Shown piece after piece: positions 35,001-46,149 of a DNA stretch of 64,000 bases. The stretch's first letter is position 1; the number at the start of each line of letters is the position of its first letter. The stretch lies in assembly GCA_001643675.2 (NCBI GenBank), contig LSRY02000030.1, positions 310,001 to 374,000 of the forward strand, in the 5' to 3' direction. The stretch comes from Monocercomonoides exilis PA203 (taxonomy: Eukaryota > Protista > Preaxostyla). A program made the position numbers and the translations under genes. A model generated the notes under the pieces. The model was not told where the DNA came from and made no database searches. It worked only from the letters and a program-made list of their open reading frames with translations.

Positions 35001-38000
35001 ATGCACGGCTCGCGAGAGCTCCCGCACTGCCGGTCGTTTCTCCCTTTTCCATCCTTCCCATTCACAAATATGATCGACGATTGATAAACCGTGATGAACG
35101 AGATCAGATCCACTGGCTCAGAGTGGAGCAGATCAATCCCATAGATCGCCCCAATCCTGTTGTAGACCCCCTCCCGCAAATCCATTCGGAACTGGCTTTC
35201 GTTGATCTGTTCCGATATGTTCGTGCACTCAACAAAAATGTCCTTCCCTGTCTCTGCCACATTTCCTTCAAATTTCATCCCCTGGAATAGAAACAAAAGC
35301 TTGCCGCTCAGATGCGAACTCAAATACATGCCACCCCCTCGCCCGCTTTCTGTCGAGCACCCACACTGCATCACCTTCGAATTGCTTATCGCAAACGAAC
35401 CTTCGTTGTTCAGCTCAAAGCACATCACCCCACCTCTTCTTGACTCGCTCGATCGGCAAAGCTCGAAAACACTGTTGTTTGCTTTCATCAACACCTCGCA
35501 GTTATCCCCACTTTCCAGCACACTTGATCCCATCCCGCTTCTTGTTATTGACCCAAACACACTTCCATTCACTTCAATCGTGGAGCCATCTCCATTTTTC
35601 GTCTCTGCCACTTTGTGAACGATCTGAACAACACACCCTTCCACAAGCATGCAGGACTTCACTTCAATATCTTTGAGATATGCATTGCTTCCCGCTTCTA
35701 TCATAATAATAGATTGCTTCATTCTCATGCTTTCAATGATCAACTTTTCTGCATCAAGCACTCCACTCTTGAGTTGAACAAAGCATATTTCAATCTGCTT
35801 TTCTGCACTGACAATTGACTTGAGTGAGCAATCACCGAACGAAAGCACTCCATTTTCGCTCACAATCACTCCTCCAACCCTGTTCCACACATCTTCAAAA
35901 ACTTCCATGTCTATCTTGTGGAAAGAAACATTCCTTTCATTCATCCCCAATATTTCTTCTCCATCATGATGGTTAACAATCTGCAGCACCGATCGCTTGT
36001 GCTCCTCAACAGCATCACACGGAGGCTCAAACACAAAGTTTGAAAAGTCGTATCTGTTTGCCATTTCTATCCAACCCTCAATCAAAAGTCTCTTCTGCTC
36101 AGACCCTGTTTCTATCTGCCCCATTCCTTTCCACAAAGTCAGGCACGGGTCTTCTTCGCTTCCACACCTCATCACATCGTAACCCTTTGAAGATACAAAC
36201 ACCCTTGCATTTCTGAACCCCTCCAAAAAGCGGAAAAGATCCGTGTCGGTGTGCTCTTTGTCACTTCCACAAAACATCGTTGGCGAATGCTTCACATCAT
36301 CAAATGAAAGCATAAAAGTTGTTGGAGTGACAGTCTTGTTCAAATCAAATGAAGCAACAAACAAATCTGAACCAACAAACGCTTCATTCTTTTGTATTGC
36401 AACTCCTTCACAGAAGCCAATAGGTGCATCAGCCTGCGACTGTGAGCAGTCCACATACAGTCCTCCACCTCTCCCCAAAGTTGTGGAGCAGCTGCAGTTC
36501 ACAACATTTGTTCTGTTAACATCGAACATTTCGTTGCTCGTCAGAACAACATGCATGGCTCCTCCTGTTATGCTCGAAGGCACTTGAATATTTGTCGCAT
36601 TCAATCCATTCAAACTCGCTGACGAATGAAATTCAAATGGAACTCTTGCAAACAAACGGATGTCAACTGAGCACCCATCAACAGACACCGGCCCACTTTC
36701 AGATCGAATCAGGATGAACTCCACTGGACTGTTGGTGGAGTTGATGCTTTCAAATACGCAGCTCAGCAAGGTCATGCTCCCACTTTCTGGTCTCGACAGT
36801 ATCAGAGTCTCGATGTTGCTGCTGAAACGCGATGGAACAGCGAGCGTTATCCTCTCGAACCGTGCTTCCTCTTCATTCAAGAATATCCATTCATCGTTTA
36901 TTTCTGTGATGTTTTCTTTCATCACTACCATTGCATATTGGTCGTCTTGCTTTGACTTCACATACAACGATGAAGCATCAAAATGATTGTCAACCATTGT
37001 CGATCCATAAACAACAACACTTCTGTTTCTCTCCAATGCATTCAGATTTCTATATGCTCGCCAAAAAGAGGCGCACGGATGCTCTTCCATTCCACATCCC
37101 AGAATGTCCATTCCCTCAGAAGAGATGTGAACAGTGCTCAGTTGAGCTTCCTTCAGAAGCAGCAAAAGATCAATCGGATCACCACTGAACATGTCTGCAT
37201 CCATCCCCTTCATATCTGCAATCACACTGCCTGCATCATCAAAATACTCAAACTTGAATTTCGATGGAGCAACCGATTCATTCAGACTGTTCGCCATCAC
37301 AAACATATCTTTCCCCACAAAGGCACCATTTCCCATGAAGTTCAGATCTGAAAACACAAAGTCATGATTCGTGTTTCCAACATCCTTCATATACACTGCT
37401 CCTCCACAGCCATTCAAAGCATCGACTGAGCACGAATCAAACATTGTTCCATTCATTGTCATCTTCCCTTTTCCAATCTCACACCAAATAGCTCCTCCAT
37501 CTCCATGAAGTTTCGAACAGTTCTCAAATCTGCTTTCACTCACAGAACATAACCCTCCCACCCCTTTTAAACAAACAATTGAGCCACTGCCCACTTCGCA
37601 ATTTTCTGCTGCAAAGTGATTCAACGATGCATCCGCATCCTCTCCCACCCATATAAGCCCCTCTCCATCTGCTGAGATCTCCTTCAATTTCAACACTTCA
37701 CAATACAGCTCCCCTCCCTTCATCAGAACCACTCCCTTCTTCCCCCTTTCCACAACATCCTTCACACTCACATTCACCAGTTGCATCTCCCCTCCTTCGG
37801 CAATCCCAACCCACATGTCTGTTTCTTTTCCATTCGCCTCTTTCCCTTCCACATTCGAGTCCCGAATCGTCATCCTTCCCACACTCACAGCCACAAGCGA
37901 TTGTTCTGTTGCTCTGCCTGGGAGAATAACTCTCAGCGAACTCAATGTGAGTGTCGTTGTTCCTTTTCCTTTTTTCAGAACAATGCATCCTCCATCTTCA

Positions 38001-41000
38001 ACATCAATCGTGGACATCTCTGCTGCTCCTCGCACAGTGAGCGATGTCCCATTTCGATCAATTCTTCCTCCAAGCACAGCTGCCCCAACAACGTGGATCG
38101 TGGTCTGGTTGCTCTTCATCTTCAAAAACCCATCATCCACAGTCTTGCATGGATACAGTTCTGTTCCACACGTTTTCCGATCATCCCCCGTTGCATCGTC
38201 CACAAACATTATCTCTTCACTCGATGCAAACAGATATTTCTTCAGTGTCTCATCCACCTCTGGACCATCGCCTCCACTCTTCACCCACACATCTTCATTT
38301 CTCATGTCTTCCCTGAACGACGAATCAAATCTCAACGGATCAACAGTCTCCCTTGGCAATGGGCAGATCAGATAAAGATGCTTCCCCTTCTTTGCCTCGT
38401 TCCCTTCAAACTCATCTTTTTTGAATGAGTATTTCACCTCACTTGTTTCCAACTCAACATGCAACCCTCCTCCCAACCCCGTTTCTCCATCCACACTGTT
38501 GTTGCTGATGGTGTTTGAGTCAAACACAACTTCACCACCCCCTCCAACACTCACATAACCAACACCTCCTTTCATATTTGCTGCCTCAATGCTGCATCCT
38601 TCAAACGTGCACTTTTCGATCATCGTCTTTTCGCCTTCTTCCACAACCGCAACAACAACTCCTCCAAACCCATTTGTCCGCTGAAAGTCACTCATTGTGC
38701 TGTTTCCCATCATCATCGTTTTCACCCTCGCAACAGAAACAAGCGAACAGCTCTCACATGTCGATGCACTCACTGAACAATTATTCATCTCAAACTTATC
38801 TGCACCATCAACTTCAACAACACCTGCTTCGCTTTTCGTTGACACATTCTCCAAGCTCACACCTCTCATCAACACTCTTGCTTCGATGCTCTCGCTTTTG
38901 CGAACAACCATCAATGGAACAAAGCCAAATTTTATATTCTTCACTTCAAATCGCTCAATCCCCAATTGCCCTCCTTTGCACACAAAATAGCTGAACGAAC
39001 AGTCCAGCCCTGATCCTGAGTTGAGCACACACGAGCAATCAACAACATTCAGCGTTCCTCCATTGCACAGCATCAGGCTGCTTCGATTTGATCCCAACGA
39101 TGCTGGATGCCTGAAAGTGATTTGCCCAATCCCAACTGTTCGCCTCACCTCGATGAGCCCTTCTTCCTTCTCACCCTCTCCACCCGCCACATTCATCATC
39201 GTGGCGTTTTCTTCCCCAAATATCTCATAATCCTGTGAGTCAAACAGAAGTTGGTCTCTGAATGTGAATGTCGACTGCAAAACAATGCTGGCTGCGGATG
39301 AGTTGAATTTTGAAGCCCCTGCATATGCTATTGTCTGGCATGGATAGTCCTGATACCCACATAACCGATAGTCCACTCCACCTCCTCCCACATAGCATCG
39401 CCCAGAAAATTTTCTGAAAAACAACGCCAGAGGAATTGGACACAATGCATTTCCGTTCTCAAACCCACACAACTCACCCATATCTGCACTTCCAACTGCC
39501 GTATTAAATCCAAAATTCAATGTCTGCACAGTCACTGCTTTGCTCAGATTCCACGCTTCAACAAATACATTCTTCCCATTTTGCGATGCTGAGCACCAAG
39601 AAAAGCCCACATTCTCAATCGCAAATGAGCTGAATCCTTCATCCACACTCACACTTATCCCCCCTCCAAATCCTCCTTTTCGAGATTGTGCTTCGGATCT
39701 GCAATTCGCTATCTCTGTGATCTCCCCACTCGAATTCCCAACCCCCAACTTCCCATCCATTTCCACATGCGCAAATATCCCTCCTCCAAATCCTCCAATG
39801 CATCCGCAATGGCTTGTCTTCCCTCCCACAATCATCACCCTGCTCCCTGCCCTCACTTTGCATTCAACTGCACTTCCATTTCCATTGTGCTCATAATAGT
39901 TGCTGAATGTGCAATTCTCCAGCTCAACAGTTTTTGCGCTTTCACATCTCACAACAACACAGCTCAACTTCTCTGCTCGAGATTCAAATGTACAACGCTT
40001 CATTGACATTGTCACAGACATCGATGCCAGTTTGACAAGCCCATCAGATGATGTGGTTGATGTGTTTTGCACAGAAAGGTCCTCCAACAAAGCAATCGCA
40101 TTCTGCTCGCATATTATGATCTGCGACATGCTGAATCGAACACTTCTGACATCCACACTCTTCATCTCCACTTGTCCATTCATGCACTTCAACAGCGAAT
40201 AGCCAACAATTGCTTCTCCTGGCTGTTGGGCAAAATCACATGAACTCACTCGAAGACACCCAGCTGATTCTTGAGAAATCAAGGCTATGTGCTGCTTAAC
40301 ACTCCCTCCAACCCTGAATGAGAGCAATGCAATCATTGACTCCACTCCTTCACTTTCTGCTAATGTGATAACCCCCACTGATGCTGTATCGCCTCCTTTC
40401 ACATTCACAATGCTCCTTTCTTCTGTTCCTTTCATTTCAACTCTTCCCTCCTCACAAAGCAGCACATCTTCCAATAATTCATAATCACCATGAAGCGTCA
40501 TGCTCTTGGCACTTCCTTCCTGCCGCTGGAGAGATTTCTGAATCGTTTTGCACGGATATGCAGCAAACCCACATGGCGCAACATCCAGCCCTGCCGCCGA
40601 CGAGACGTGAATGGTATCCCCCACATCGAAGATAAAATACAACAGAGAAATCACGTTCGTCTTGTCATTCCCATCATACCCACACATCGAATTCACATCA
40701 TCAAGAGACATTTCTTTCAAAAAGGGAAGCGTTGCATTCGTTGTGCTGACACCCAGTTTCTCTGACTCCACAAACAAGTTCGTTCCATATCTCGCACGGT
40801 TCTTCTGATCTGCTGAAATGATTGGTCCACTTATCACATAGTCTGTTGTCGGACTTGTCAGATAAAAGAAAATCCCTCCACCAAATCCCACTGACTCATC
40901 AAATGGAGCTGTGCATGAAAGAAATGAGCATGAACTAACTCTCACAACTGAAGGTGATCCAGCAGATATCCACATCCCCCCACCTCCTTTGCCTCCCTCG

Positions 41001-44000
41001 TTCACCTCGCATTCCTCAAATCTGCAGCCATCAACAATGATCGATGAGGATAGCATCACATTGTTGCGGCTTCTCACTCGCAATCCTCCTCCATCTCCTT
41101 TCCTCCTGCGTATACCCTTCACTGAGACATTTCTCATTTCCACCTCTTTTCCTTCCTCAACTGCTATTCCGCTGTTTTCAATAATCGTCTCTGTTCCAAT
41201 GTTCGAATCGTTCATCGAGAAGCATGCCCCTTCGCCAACTTCCATCAAATTCCTTTCTCCAATCACGCTGCACTCCAAGCAAGAAATACCTTCCACCCGG
41301 CAATGAGCATTCTCCCCACTGACACAAAACATTGCTGCTGAAGCGAATTGAACATTTTTGATGGAAAAAGAAGAGATGCAAATCACTCCTTTCTTTCCAA
41401 ACACCACCCCATAGTTCAATTCTCCCCCTTCTTCCTTGGTCTTCACAGAAATGCGTGTCAGCGTCAACGCACTATCAGCACATATGAACACACTTGTGTG
41501 CGAATCTTCACGCTTTGCAACTGCTTCAAACGAAATGTCGCTGAAACCGCATCTCACACTCGTTTCAACCAATCCTTCTGAAGAAGCATCTGCACCAAAC
41601 CCAATATCGATAACACTCTCATTCGTCTCACTTCTGACATCCCATTCATCTGTGTTCATTGTCACTGGCTCTGTCCATTCAAATGGAGCGCAGATAACTA
41701 TTGCCTTCGGCATTCCACGATGCCTCGCATTCACCAATTTGCTTATTGTGCTGCATGGATATCTCTCAACCCCACATCCTGAAAAATCGTGCGCTGTGCC
41801 TCCTCCAACATACCCAGGCGACACTACATCCACAAAATACACCCACAAGCACACATCAAATTCTCCGTTCCCTCCTTCATATCCCATCAGATCTTCATCG
41901 CTCATTCCATCAATGCTGAAGTTGAACGAGGCTTTGCTGACAATCCTTGCAAGCTCTGGCGCTTCCACAAACACACACTTCCCTTTCCACCCTTCACACC
42001 CTGAAAACTTCATTCCACCAATCACCATCTGAGTGCTCAGCTTGACTGTTTCTGCACACAGCCATCCCCCCTTTCCGTTTTCAGTCGAGCACGCACAATT
42101 TGTTGCACTCGAATTCCGAAGCTCAATCCCATTCTCTTCACCAACATCGATCTTGAAGCATCCTCCATCATCACTGCTTCTGCAGTTCTCAACATTGCAT
42201 CCATCCATCCGAAGCCATTCTCTTTCGCCAAAAGTGTGCTCCAACACACTCCCACTTCCCTGTCTCCGCGTGATATTTGCAATCGTCGTATTGCTCATCT
42301 GGACATACGATCCAACTGGCATGGTCAGCAGCGAACATTCAGCGAGCTTGAAGAATCTGATTTTGCTGTCAGACACAATCAAACGCCCTCCAGCCATCAC
42401 CACCAGCGGACTTTCAAACTCCCTTCCCAATGACTCGCTTCCAGAATCGATTTCCAAACTCGTCAGAATCAATTCTCCTTCATTTTCGCTCACTCTCGCA
42501 AGAGATGACTTTGGATCAGAGGCAAATGCAATGTGGAGCAACTCCACTGTCAGCGAGCCACTTGTCACTTCAAAAAGACTTCGCATCGCATCGATCTGGC
42601 TGACTTTAAGAGATGTCGACTCCTCACCTTCCCCTCTCACAACTGCTTTCTTCGAGTTCACTGCCACCCCATCAGTTGCAAACAATGTGTGCACACGAGA
42701 AAGCATTGTGATTGCGCAGCTCTGCGTCGTCATGTGGTTTTCTATCGCATGCTTCATTGTCCGGCACACTTCGTTCGAAAAGCATCCGCACAAATCACTG
42801 TCTTCCCCATTCTCTTCCTCCACAATCCTTGAGCTGACCCCATACGGCAGCCATTCATCATTCGCATGGCAGCTTGCATTGCAATGAATAAGTTGCGATC
42901 CTCCATCAGTGAGTGTGCATGACCACACAAACGGAGATTCATTCACGCATTTCCCTTTCGTGTCATTCAAACAAACATCTTTTCCTCCGTTCTCTGTTCC
43001 TGCCATGTTATTTGCAAAAAAACAAAAGAAAAATATTTTCGGATCTGTCGTATTATGATTGTCAATTTTCACATATATTCCTCCCCCCTTTGCATTGTAC
43101 TTGGCAGTACAGCTCGAGAAAAAACAATTTTTCATGAGAAACATTTTTGTAACTGAGCCAAACAAAGAAATGCCACCTCCATAATTTGCTGTTGAGCAAC
43201 CAACAAAACTGTTATTGTGGCACATGTATTTTTTGCCATCTTCAGACGCTTCAACACAATCTGTACTTCGTTGAGTTTCACCATAAACAACTATTCCTCC
43301 ACCTGTATGTCCTGCATAGCAATTATCTATTTCTGAATCAGAAAAAGAGTAGCATTGCCGAATTGCTCTCGCAAAAACAGCTCCACCGTATGTAGGTGAT
43401 TTGCAATTGTTGAATGAACAATTTGAAAAAATAAAATATCCAATAAGATAGGTTGATAATGCTCCACCAATGTATGAAGCAGAACAATTACAAAATGTTG
43501 AATGAGATATTTTTAATGATGCAATATTATTTCCGTACATAAATACGCAGCTTCCACAAATATCTGGTTCATTTCCATGATTTCCAGTTGTTCCTTGTGG
43601 AATTGGAGTTGCCATATTTGCAAATTCCTCATATGATATGGTGGTGTCAATCGCTTCTGTTCTCCGAACCCCCTTTGTCATTTCATTTTTGCATTTTTGA
43701 TGTGTGTTGTTGAACAACTCAAGCCCAAGTCCTTCCACGCCTGGCGCGATTCCATTTGTGTAAACACCGCTGACTGTCTCGAAAACGCAAGAATAAATCG
43801 TGCTGACACACTGAGGCGCATTTTCATTTGTTTGAACCCCAGTTCCTGCTTGAGTTGTCGATATGTTGCAAAGAATTGAAGACGATAAGCTGATTTGTTG
43901 CATCGCTGAACAAGCAATGAACGGCCTGCAACGAAGAGAAACACTGCTAATGCTTGATTTTGTCACGCCAACGAATCCATCGTGAGAAAACGAATTGTCT

Positions 44001-44488
44001 GAACTGGGCGAAGTTGTCAGAGGAGCCAGCAATCCTTGGCAGTGCTCGTCATTTGCTGAAATATTTGAAAATAGCACTTTGCCAAAACTTGAATGAACCG
44101 TTGAAATGGCATTTCTTCCTTTCTGAATGAAGGCGCAGCCAGACAAATGAACAATGCTGAACTTGTCGATTTGCACGAGATTCGATGTGTTTTGAAGAAA
44201 AATCACTTCAGAGGCAGAAAGAGACGCATTGACCAAGTCCAAGTGAAACTGAATGCTGCAATGACTTTGAGCTGAGGAATATTGCCTTTTGTGAAACAGT
44301 CTTGAAATTGTGCTATCTTTTTTGTTGCAGGCAATGTTCTCATTCTCCATTTGAAAAAGTGGATGGCAGGAGTACCCATGAATATGTGAAACTTGTCTTG
44401 CGGTTGTTTCATCAAAATCCAGAGGAACAGACCAATCCTGGATGAAAATTAATGTGATCAAACAAAACGAAAAAGAGCTTCCACTCAT
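32090..44488 (-). CDS. Giant single-exon receptor-like protein (4132 aa): signal peptide, ~8 Cys-capped beta-helix-like modules, TM, degenerate tyrosine-kinase-like/TKL C-lobe (probable pseudokinase)
   Basis: Uninterrupted 12.4-kb ORF with a hydrophobic N-terminus, recurrent GGAI/GGGI motifs and G-x-D-xxx-CG-xxxx-PC-x-T/S motifs. TM is WTLIVIVLLVVVLFIVLIGFILFVV. Kinase subdomains VIII-XI appear as LRWMAPELL, SVVFSIGMMLWECLTLQIPF, GERP, LVKKC...RER. Confidence 0.9.
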   Translation of the reverse strand: MSGSSFSFCLITLIFIQDWSVPLDFDETTARQVSHIHGYSCHPLFQMENENIACNKKDSTISRLFHKRQYSSAQSHCSIQFHLDLVNASLSASEVIFLQNTSNLVQIDKFSIVHLSGCAFIQKGRNAISTVHSSFGKVLFSNISANDEHCQGLLAPLTTSPSSDNSFSHDGFVGVTKSSISSVSLRCRPFIACSAMQQISLSSSILCNISTTQAGTGVQTNENAPQCVSTIYSCVFETVSGVYTNGIAPGVEGLGLELFNNTHQKCKNEMTKGVRRTEAIDTTISYEEFANMATPIPQGTTGNHGNEPDICGSCVFMYGNNIASLKISHSTFCNCSASYIGGALSTYLIGYFIFSNCSFNNCKSPTYGGAVFARAIRQCYSFSDSEIDNCYAGHTGGGIVVYGETQRSTDCVEASEDGKKYMCHNNSFVGCSTANYGGGISLFGSVTKMFLMKNCFFSSCTAKYNAKGGGIYVKIDNHNTTDPKIFFFCFFANNMAGTENGGKDVCLNDTKGKCVNESPFVWSCTLTDGGSQLIHCNASCHANDEWLPYGVSSRIVEEENGEDSDLCGCFSNEVCRTMKHAIENHMTTQSCAITMLSRVHTLFATDGVAVNSKKAVVRGEGEESTSLKVSQIDAMRSLFEVTSGSLTVELLHIAFASDPKSSLARVSENEGELILTSLEIDSGSESLGREFESPLVVMAGGRLIVSDSKIRFFKLAECSLLTMPVGSYVQMSNTTIANITRRQGSGSVLEHTFGEREWLRMDGCNVENCRSSDDGGCFKIDVGEENGIELRNSSATNCACSTENGKGGWLCAETVKLSTQMVIGGMKFSGCEGWKGKCVFVEAPELARIVSKASFNFSIDGMSDEDLMGYEGGNGEFDVCLWVYFVDVVSPGYVGGGTAHDFSGCGVERYPCSTISKLVNARHRGMPKAIVICAPFEWTEPVTMNTDEWDVRSETNESVIDIGFGADASSEGLVETSVRCGFSDISFEAVAKREDSHTSVFICADSALTLTRISVKTKEEGGELNYGVVFGKKGVICISSFSIKNVQFASAAMFCVSGENAHCRVEGISCLECSVIGERNLMEVGEGACFSMNDSNIGTETIIENSGIAVEEGKEVEMRNVSVKGIRRRKGDGGGLRVRSRNNVMLSSSIIVDGCRFEECEVNEGGKGGGGMWISAGSPSVVRVSSCSFLSCTAPFDESVGFGGGIFFYLTSPTTDYVISGPIISADQKNRARYGTNLFVESEKLGVSTTNATLPFLKEMSLDDVNSMCGYDGNDKTNVISLLYFIFDVGDTIHVSSAAGLDVAPCGFAAYPCKTIQKSLQRQEGSAKSMTLHGDYELLEDVLLCEEGRVEMKGTEERSIVNVKGGDTASVGVITLAESEGVESMIALLSFRVGGSVKQHIALISQESAGCLRVSSCDFAQQPGEAIVGYSLLKCMNGQVEMKSVDVRSVRFSMSQIIICEQNAIALLEDLSVQNTSTTSSDGLVKLASMSVTMSMKRCTFESRAEKLSCVVVRCESAKTVELENCTFSNYYEHNGNGSAVECKVRAGSRVMIVGGKTSHCGCIGGFGGGIFAHVEMDGKLGVGNSSGEITEIANCRSEAQSRKGGFGGGISVSVDEGFSSFAIENVGFSWCSASQNGKNVFVEAWNLSKAVTVQTLNFGFNTAVGSADMGELCGFENGNALCPIPLALFFRKFSGRCYVGGGGVDYRLCGYQDYPCQTIAYAGASKFNSSAASIVLQSTFTFRDQLLFDSQDYEIFGEENATMMNVAGGEGEKEEGLIEVRRTVGIGQITFRHPASLGSNRSSLMLCNGGTLNVVDCSCVLNSGSGLDCSFSYFVCKGGQLGIERFEVKNIKFGFVPLMVVRKSESIEARVLMRGVSLENVSTKSEAGVVEVDGADKFEMNNCSVSASTCESCSLVSVARVKTMMMGNSTMSDFQRTNGFGGVVVAVVEEGEKTMIEKCTFEGCSIEAANMKGGVGYVSVGGGGEVVFDSNTISNNSVDGETGLGGGLHVELETSEVKYSFKKDEFEGNEAKKGKHLYLICPLPRETVDPLRFDSSFREDMRNEDVWVKSGGDGPEVDETLKKYLFASSEEIMFVDDATGDDRKTCGTELYPCKTVDDGFLKMKSNQTTIHVVGAAVLGGRIDRNGTSLTVRGAAEMSTIDVEDGGCIVLKKGKGTTTLTLSSLRVILPGRATEQSLVAVSVGRMTIRDSNVEGKEANGKETDMWVGIAEGGEMQLVNVSVKDVVERGKKGVVLMKGGELYCEVLKLKEISADGEGLIWVGEDADASLNHFAAENCEVGSGSIVCLKGVGGLCSVSESRFENCSKLHGDGGAIWCEIGKGKMTMNGTMFDSCSVDALNGCGGAVYMKDVGNTNHDFVFSDLNFMGNGAFVGKDMFVMANSLNESVAPSKFKFEYFDDAGSVIADMKGMDADMFSGDPIDLLLLLKEAQLSTVHISSEGMDILGCGMEEHPCASFWRAYRNLNALERNRSVVVYGSTMVDNHFDASSLYVKSKQDDQYAMVVMKENITEINDEWIFLNEEEARFERITLAVPSRFSSNIETLILSRPESGSMTLLSCVFESINSTNSPVEFILIRSESGPVSVDGCSVDIRLFARVPFEFHSSASLNGLNATNIQVPSSITGGAMHVVLTSNEMFDVNRTNVVNCSCSTTLGRGGGLYVDCSQSQADAPIGFCEGVAIQKNEAFVGSDLFVASFDLNKTVTPTTFMLSFDDVKHSPTMFCGSDKEHTDTDLFRFLEGFRNARVFVSSKGYDVMRCGSEEDPCLTLWKGMGQIETGSEQKRLLIEGWIEMANRYDFSNFVFEPPCDAVEEHKRSVLQIVNHHDGEEILGMNERNVSFHKIDMEVFEDVWNRVGGVIVSENGVLSFGDCSLKSIVSAEKQIEICFVQLKSGVLDAEKLIIESMRMKQSIIMIEAGSNAYLKDIEVKSCMLVEGCVVQIVHKVAETKNGDGSTIEVNGSVFGSITRSGMGSSVLESGDNCEVLMKANNSVFELCRSSESRRGGVMCFELNNEGSFAISNSKVMQCGCSTESGRGGGMYLSSHLSGKLLFLFQGMKFEGNVAETGKDIFVECTNISEQINESQFRMDLREGVYNRIGAIYGIDLLHSEPVDLISFITVYQSSIIFVNGKDGKGRNDRQCGSSREPCMSIGYGFDHLVFEDIVLLVIDGEGVIEKELDLDEISVQSRSRSTSKISFDTRISASREYFLQTKEHVELSYLEFLFPSRGSFCHNAFLCSSSGSIVISSCIFHSDDDAGSCSISEVMRLANCNCTVEHCSMENIICEKIFQCENAQVSISDLRLNHIDTKSCFCFSGDQPNSVLIKELVIENTVCRGDVLLFCDDTYAVSGQFIQENIVLSLCGIKNISMEGSNGSVLMMNSHTHTFSMANCSFSECRTSVEKGVLATFSGVSSISIDSCVFEGQAVTGCNELASSREICHWNGSLVDMCNSSGTFEDTTISKGNFGGMTIFGGDVTISESEFVLNNPSIEGYPSVRRNVICARAGELYISSLKGGDGYLPDTSLWILNDGCNVGGIMEERASSFFIPVLDFVATEENGSYVELTFKGSLLLPCNLSFDIVSLIDDVKAIDHYLFEESGYVNETEMNGKVPLSVVADTAAETEVCARIAFGNHKYPSFTTSFVLKNRSESVGKGDERIVEGEKEGKSSWTLIVIVLLVVVLFIVLIGFILFVVRWRKAKNENKDLREIVNDNIRKDPKAFEMVTMEMSPEEQWRRAEKEAEKKNEERIKKRVYAKSLGHSESSEHLLSESGSTEYILGRDSDKIPQWMLEKVDDDEETRKQTPSPSISSTSTTDTSDTDTTFVRPESLCPTTSSMSNLVDAMACSSPHEKLIVDLRDSLFMLLHGRNKTKEMPIGTLQEREHTAAQILFWVANLALHSFDEMENGLSSLSTLSPHIVLFSEHMVICIVMHSDFSSDSDSSSTSSSTVVTSASDDDDDDDSLPSSAFEDDEYNRKECLRWMAPELLVNKKMGATKESVVFSIGMMLWECLTLQIPFGEYEGEVAGQKIVNGERPGMGEAEQSSYLGLVKKCVSQDWRERGSLTELKREFIQRFPAGSLIMTMTDALCCYSADGNKREPSCGSGNGNGEGTEGSSRIVLLVQ

Positions 44489-46149
44489 ATGTTCTTGCTT
44501 TAATATGGATTCTTGGATAATTGTTCTATCAAATTGTTGCTATTTGGAAGACGAGCAGCGAGCTGGTCCTGGAAATAACAACTTCGAAAAAATCGAATAA
44601 ATCAATCAAACCATAACAATAAAAAAGCCAAGATCAAAAATCTAAATAAAAAAATTAAAAAAACTTGGATATTTTTTTTTTGAAAACACAATAAAAAATT
44701 AACCTTAAAAAAAAGCAGGATAAGTTGCACCAACGCTCTCTCGCAACTCGTTCTGTGAATAAATTTCAGTTAAATTAAAAATAACAAATAATGAATTTCT
44801 CCTTTCAAAATATTATGAAAAAGACACCTCATTCAAAACAACTGTGCATCAGAAAGAACATCATCCTGACCAATAATAAAAATTGTTTCCAAATTATCTG
44901 TTTGAAGCAAAGAGCAAAAAGTTAAAAAGCCTGTTGAATCACAAACACGGAAAATTGAAATCGTTTGATCTTCGCTTTCTCAAATCCTTGGCACCAAATA
45001 AATCCAATGGAGATATGAAGGCGGTATCTTCTGAAGTATTTTTTTTGGATTTGAATCATTTCTTTCAAATGATGTGCGCGGATGCGAATCGGAACAGGAA
45101 TAGAAACAGGAGGAGAAATAATCGGTTCTTCCGCTTTTTTGAAATTGTTTGAAGCTCTTTGAGCTGACTTGGCTTTTTCATTTTCAGGAATGCCAGAATC
45201 TTCAAACAAAAGAGAAAGATATTTAGTGTCTTAAACATTAAACAAAGCTGTGCTCAAAGTGTGACAGCAAGATATACAATGAAAACAATAAGCCATGAAT
45301 TATCCAAGCAAAAATTAATTCAAAAATGGATTTGGTCATTTTCCAGCAAATGTTTTAAATAACAAAAGGAAAGAAAAGGAAAAAGGAAAACGAAAAGTTA
45401 AAAAAGAAAAATTCTAAAGAGAAATAAATTCACTCAAAAATCATCAAACCGAAAACAGCACACTCTTCCAGATTCTTCATTGGCAATCCTTCTTTTGTTA
45501 ATGAACTGTTCAATCAAACGTTCGAATTTTGAATGAAGCACAAAAGCCTCAAAATAACTCAAACTATTTCACGAATATTTCATACCCTTTTCAGTGAGCT
45601 TCATGTATCCCCACAGTCGATTTCTCTTTCAGCAATTTTCATCTTCTCTTCAGCATGATTTTCTGTTGAACAATCTGTCCTTCAAAAAAAAGAGAGAGAG
45701 ATCCATTCTCTTCCTTTCAAAATACAGTGATATTTCGACTTTCTGAATTTGAACCTGGCATCAGCAAGGTTTCAGATCAAAATAAATAAAGACATGCTGA
45801 ATCCAAATGAAAGATACAAACCTCAATTTCTGGTATCCTCGGAATTTTCTCCAATTAACATGCCTTTCTGTCGCTCTTTTTTTTTCAGAGAATATTTAGC
45901 ATGATTCACTTTTTCTCATCCTCTAACTTTCACAAAATTAAAAATCGGCTTTCTCTTTTAACCATTGCCATGCTGCCCTTTCTCAAGCATATCCAACTCA
46001 ATCACATATTTCCATACATCCTCCGAAATTGGATGTATTCGAGGCTATCAGGCATCTTCCGGTATTTGTCTCCATGTTGAAGCGGAGGTTATGAAATAAT
46101 TCTGATGTTACGCTTGAAAATCCATTTCCCCTGAACACCATTTCTCACC

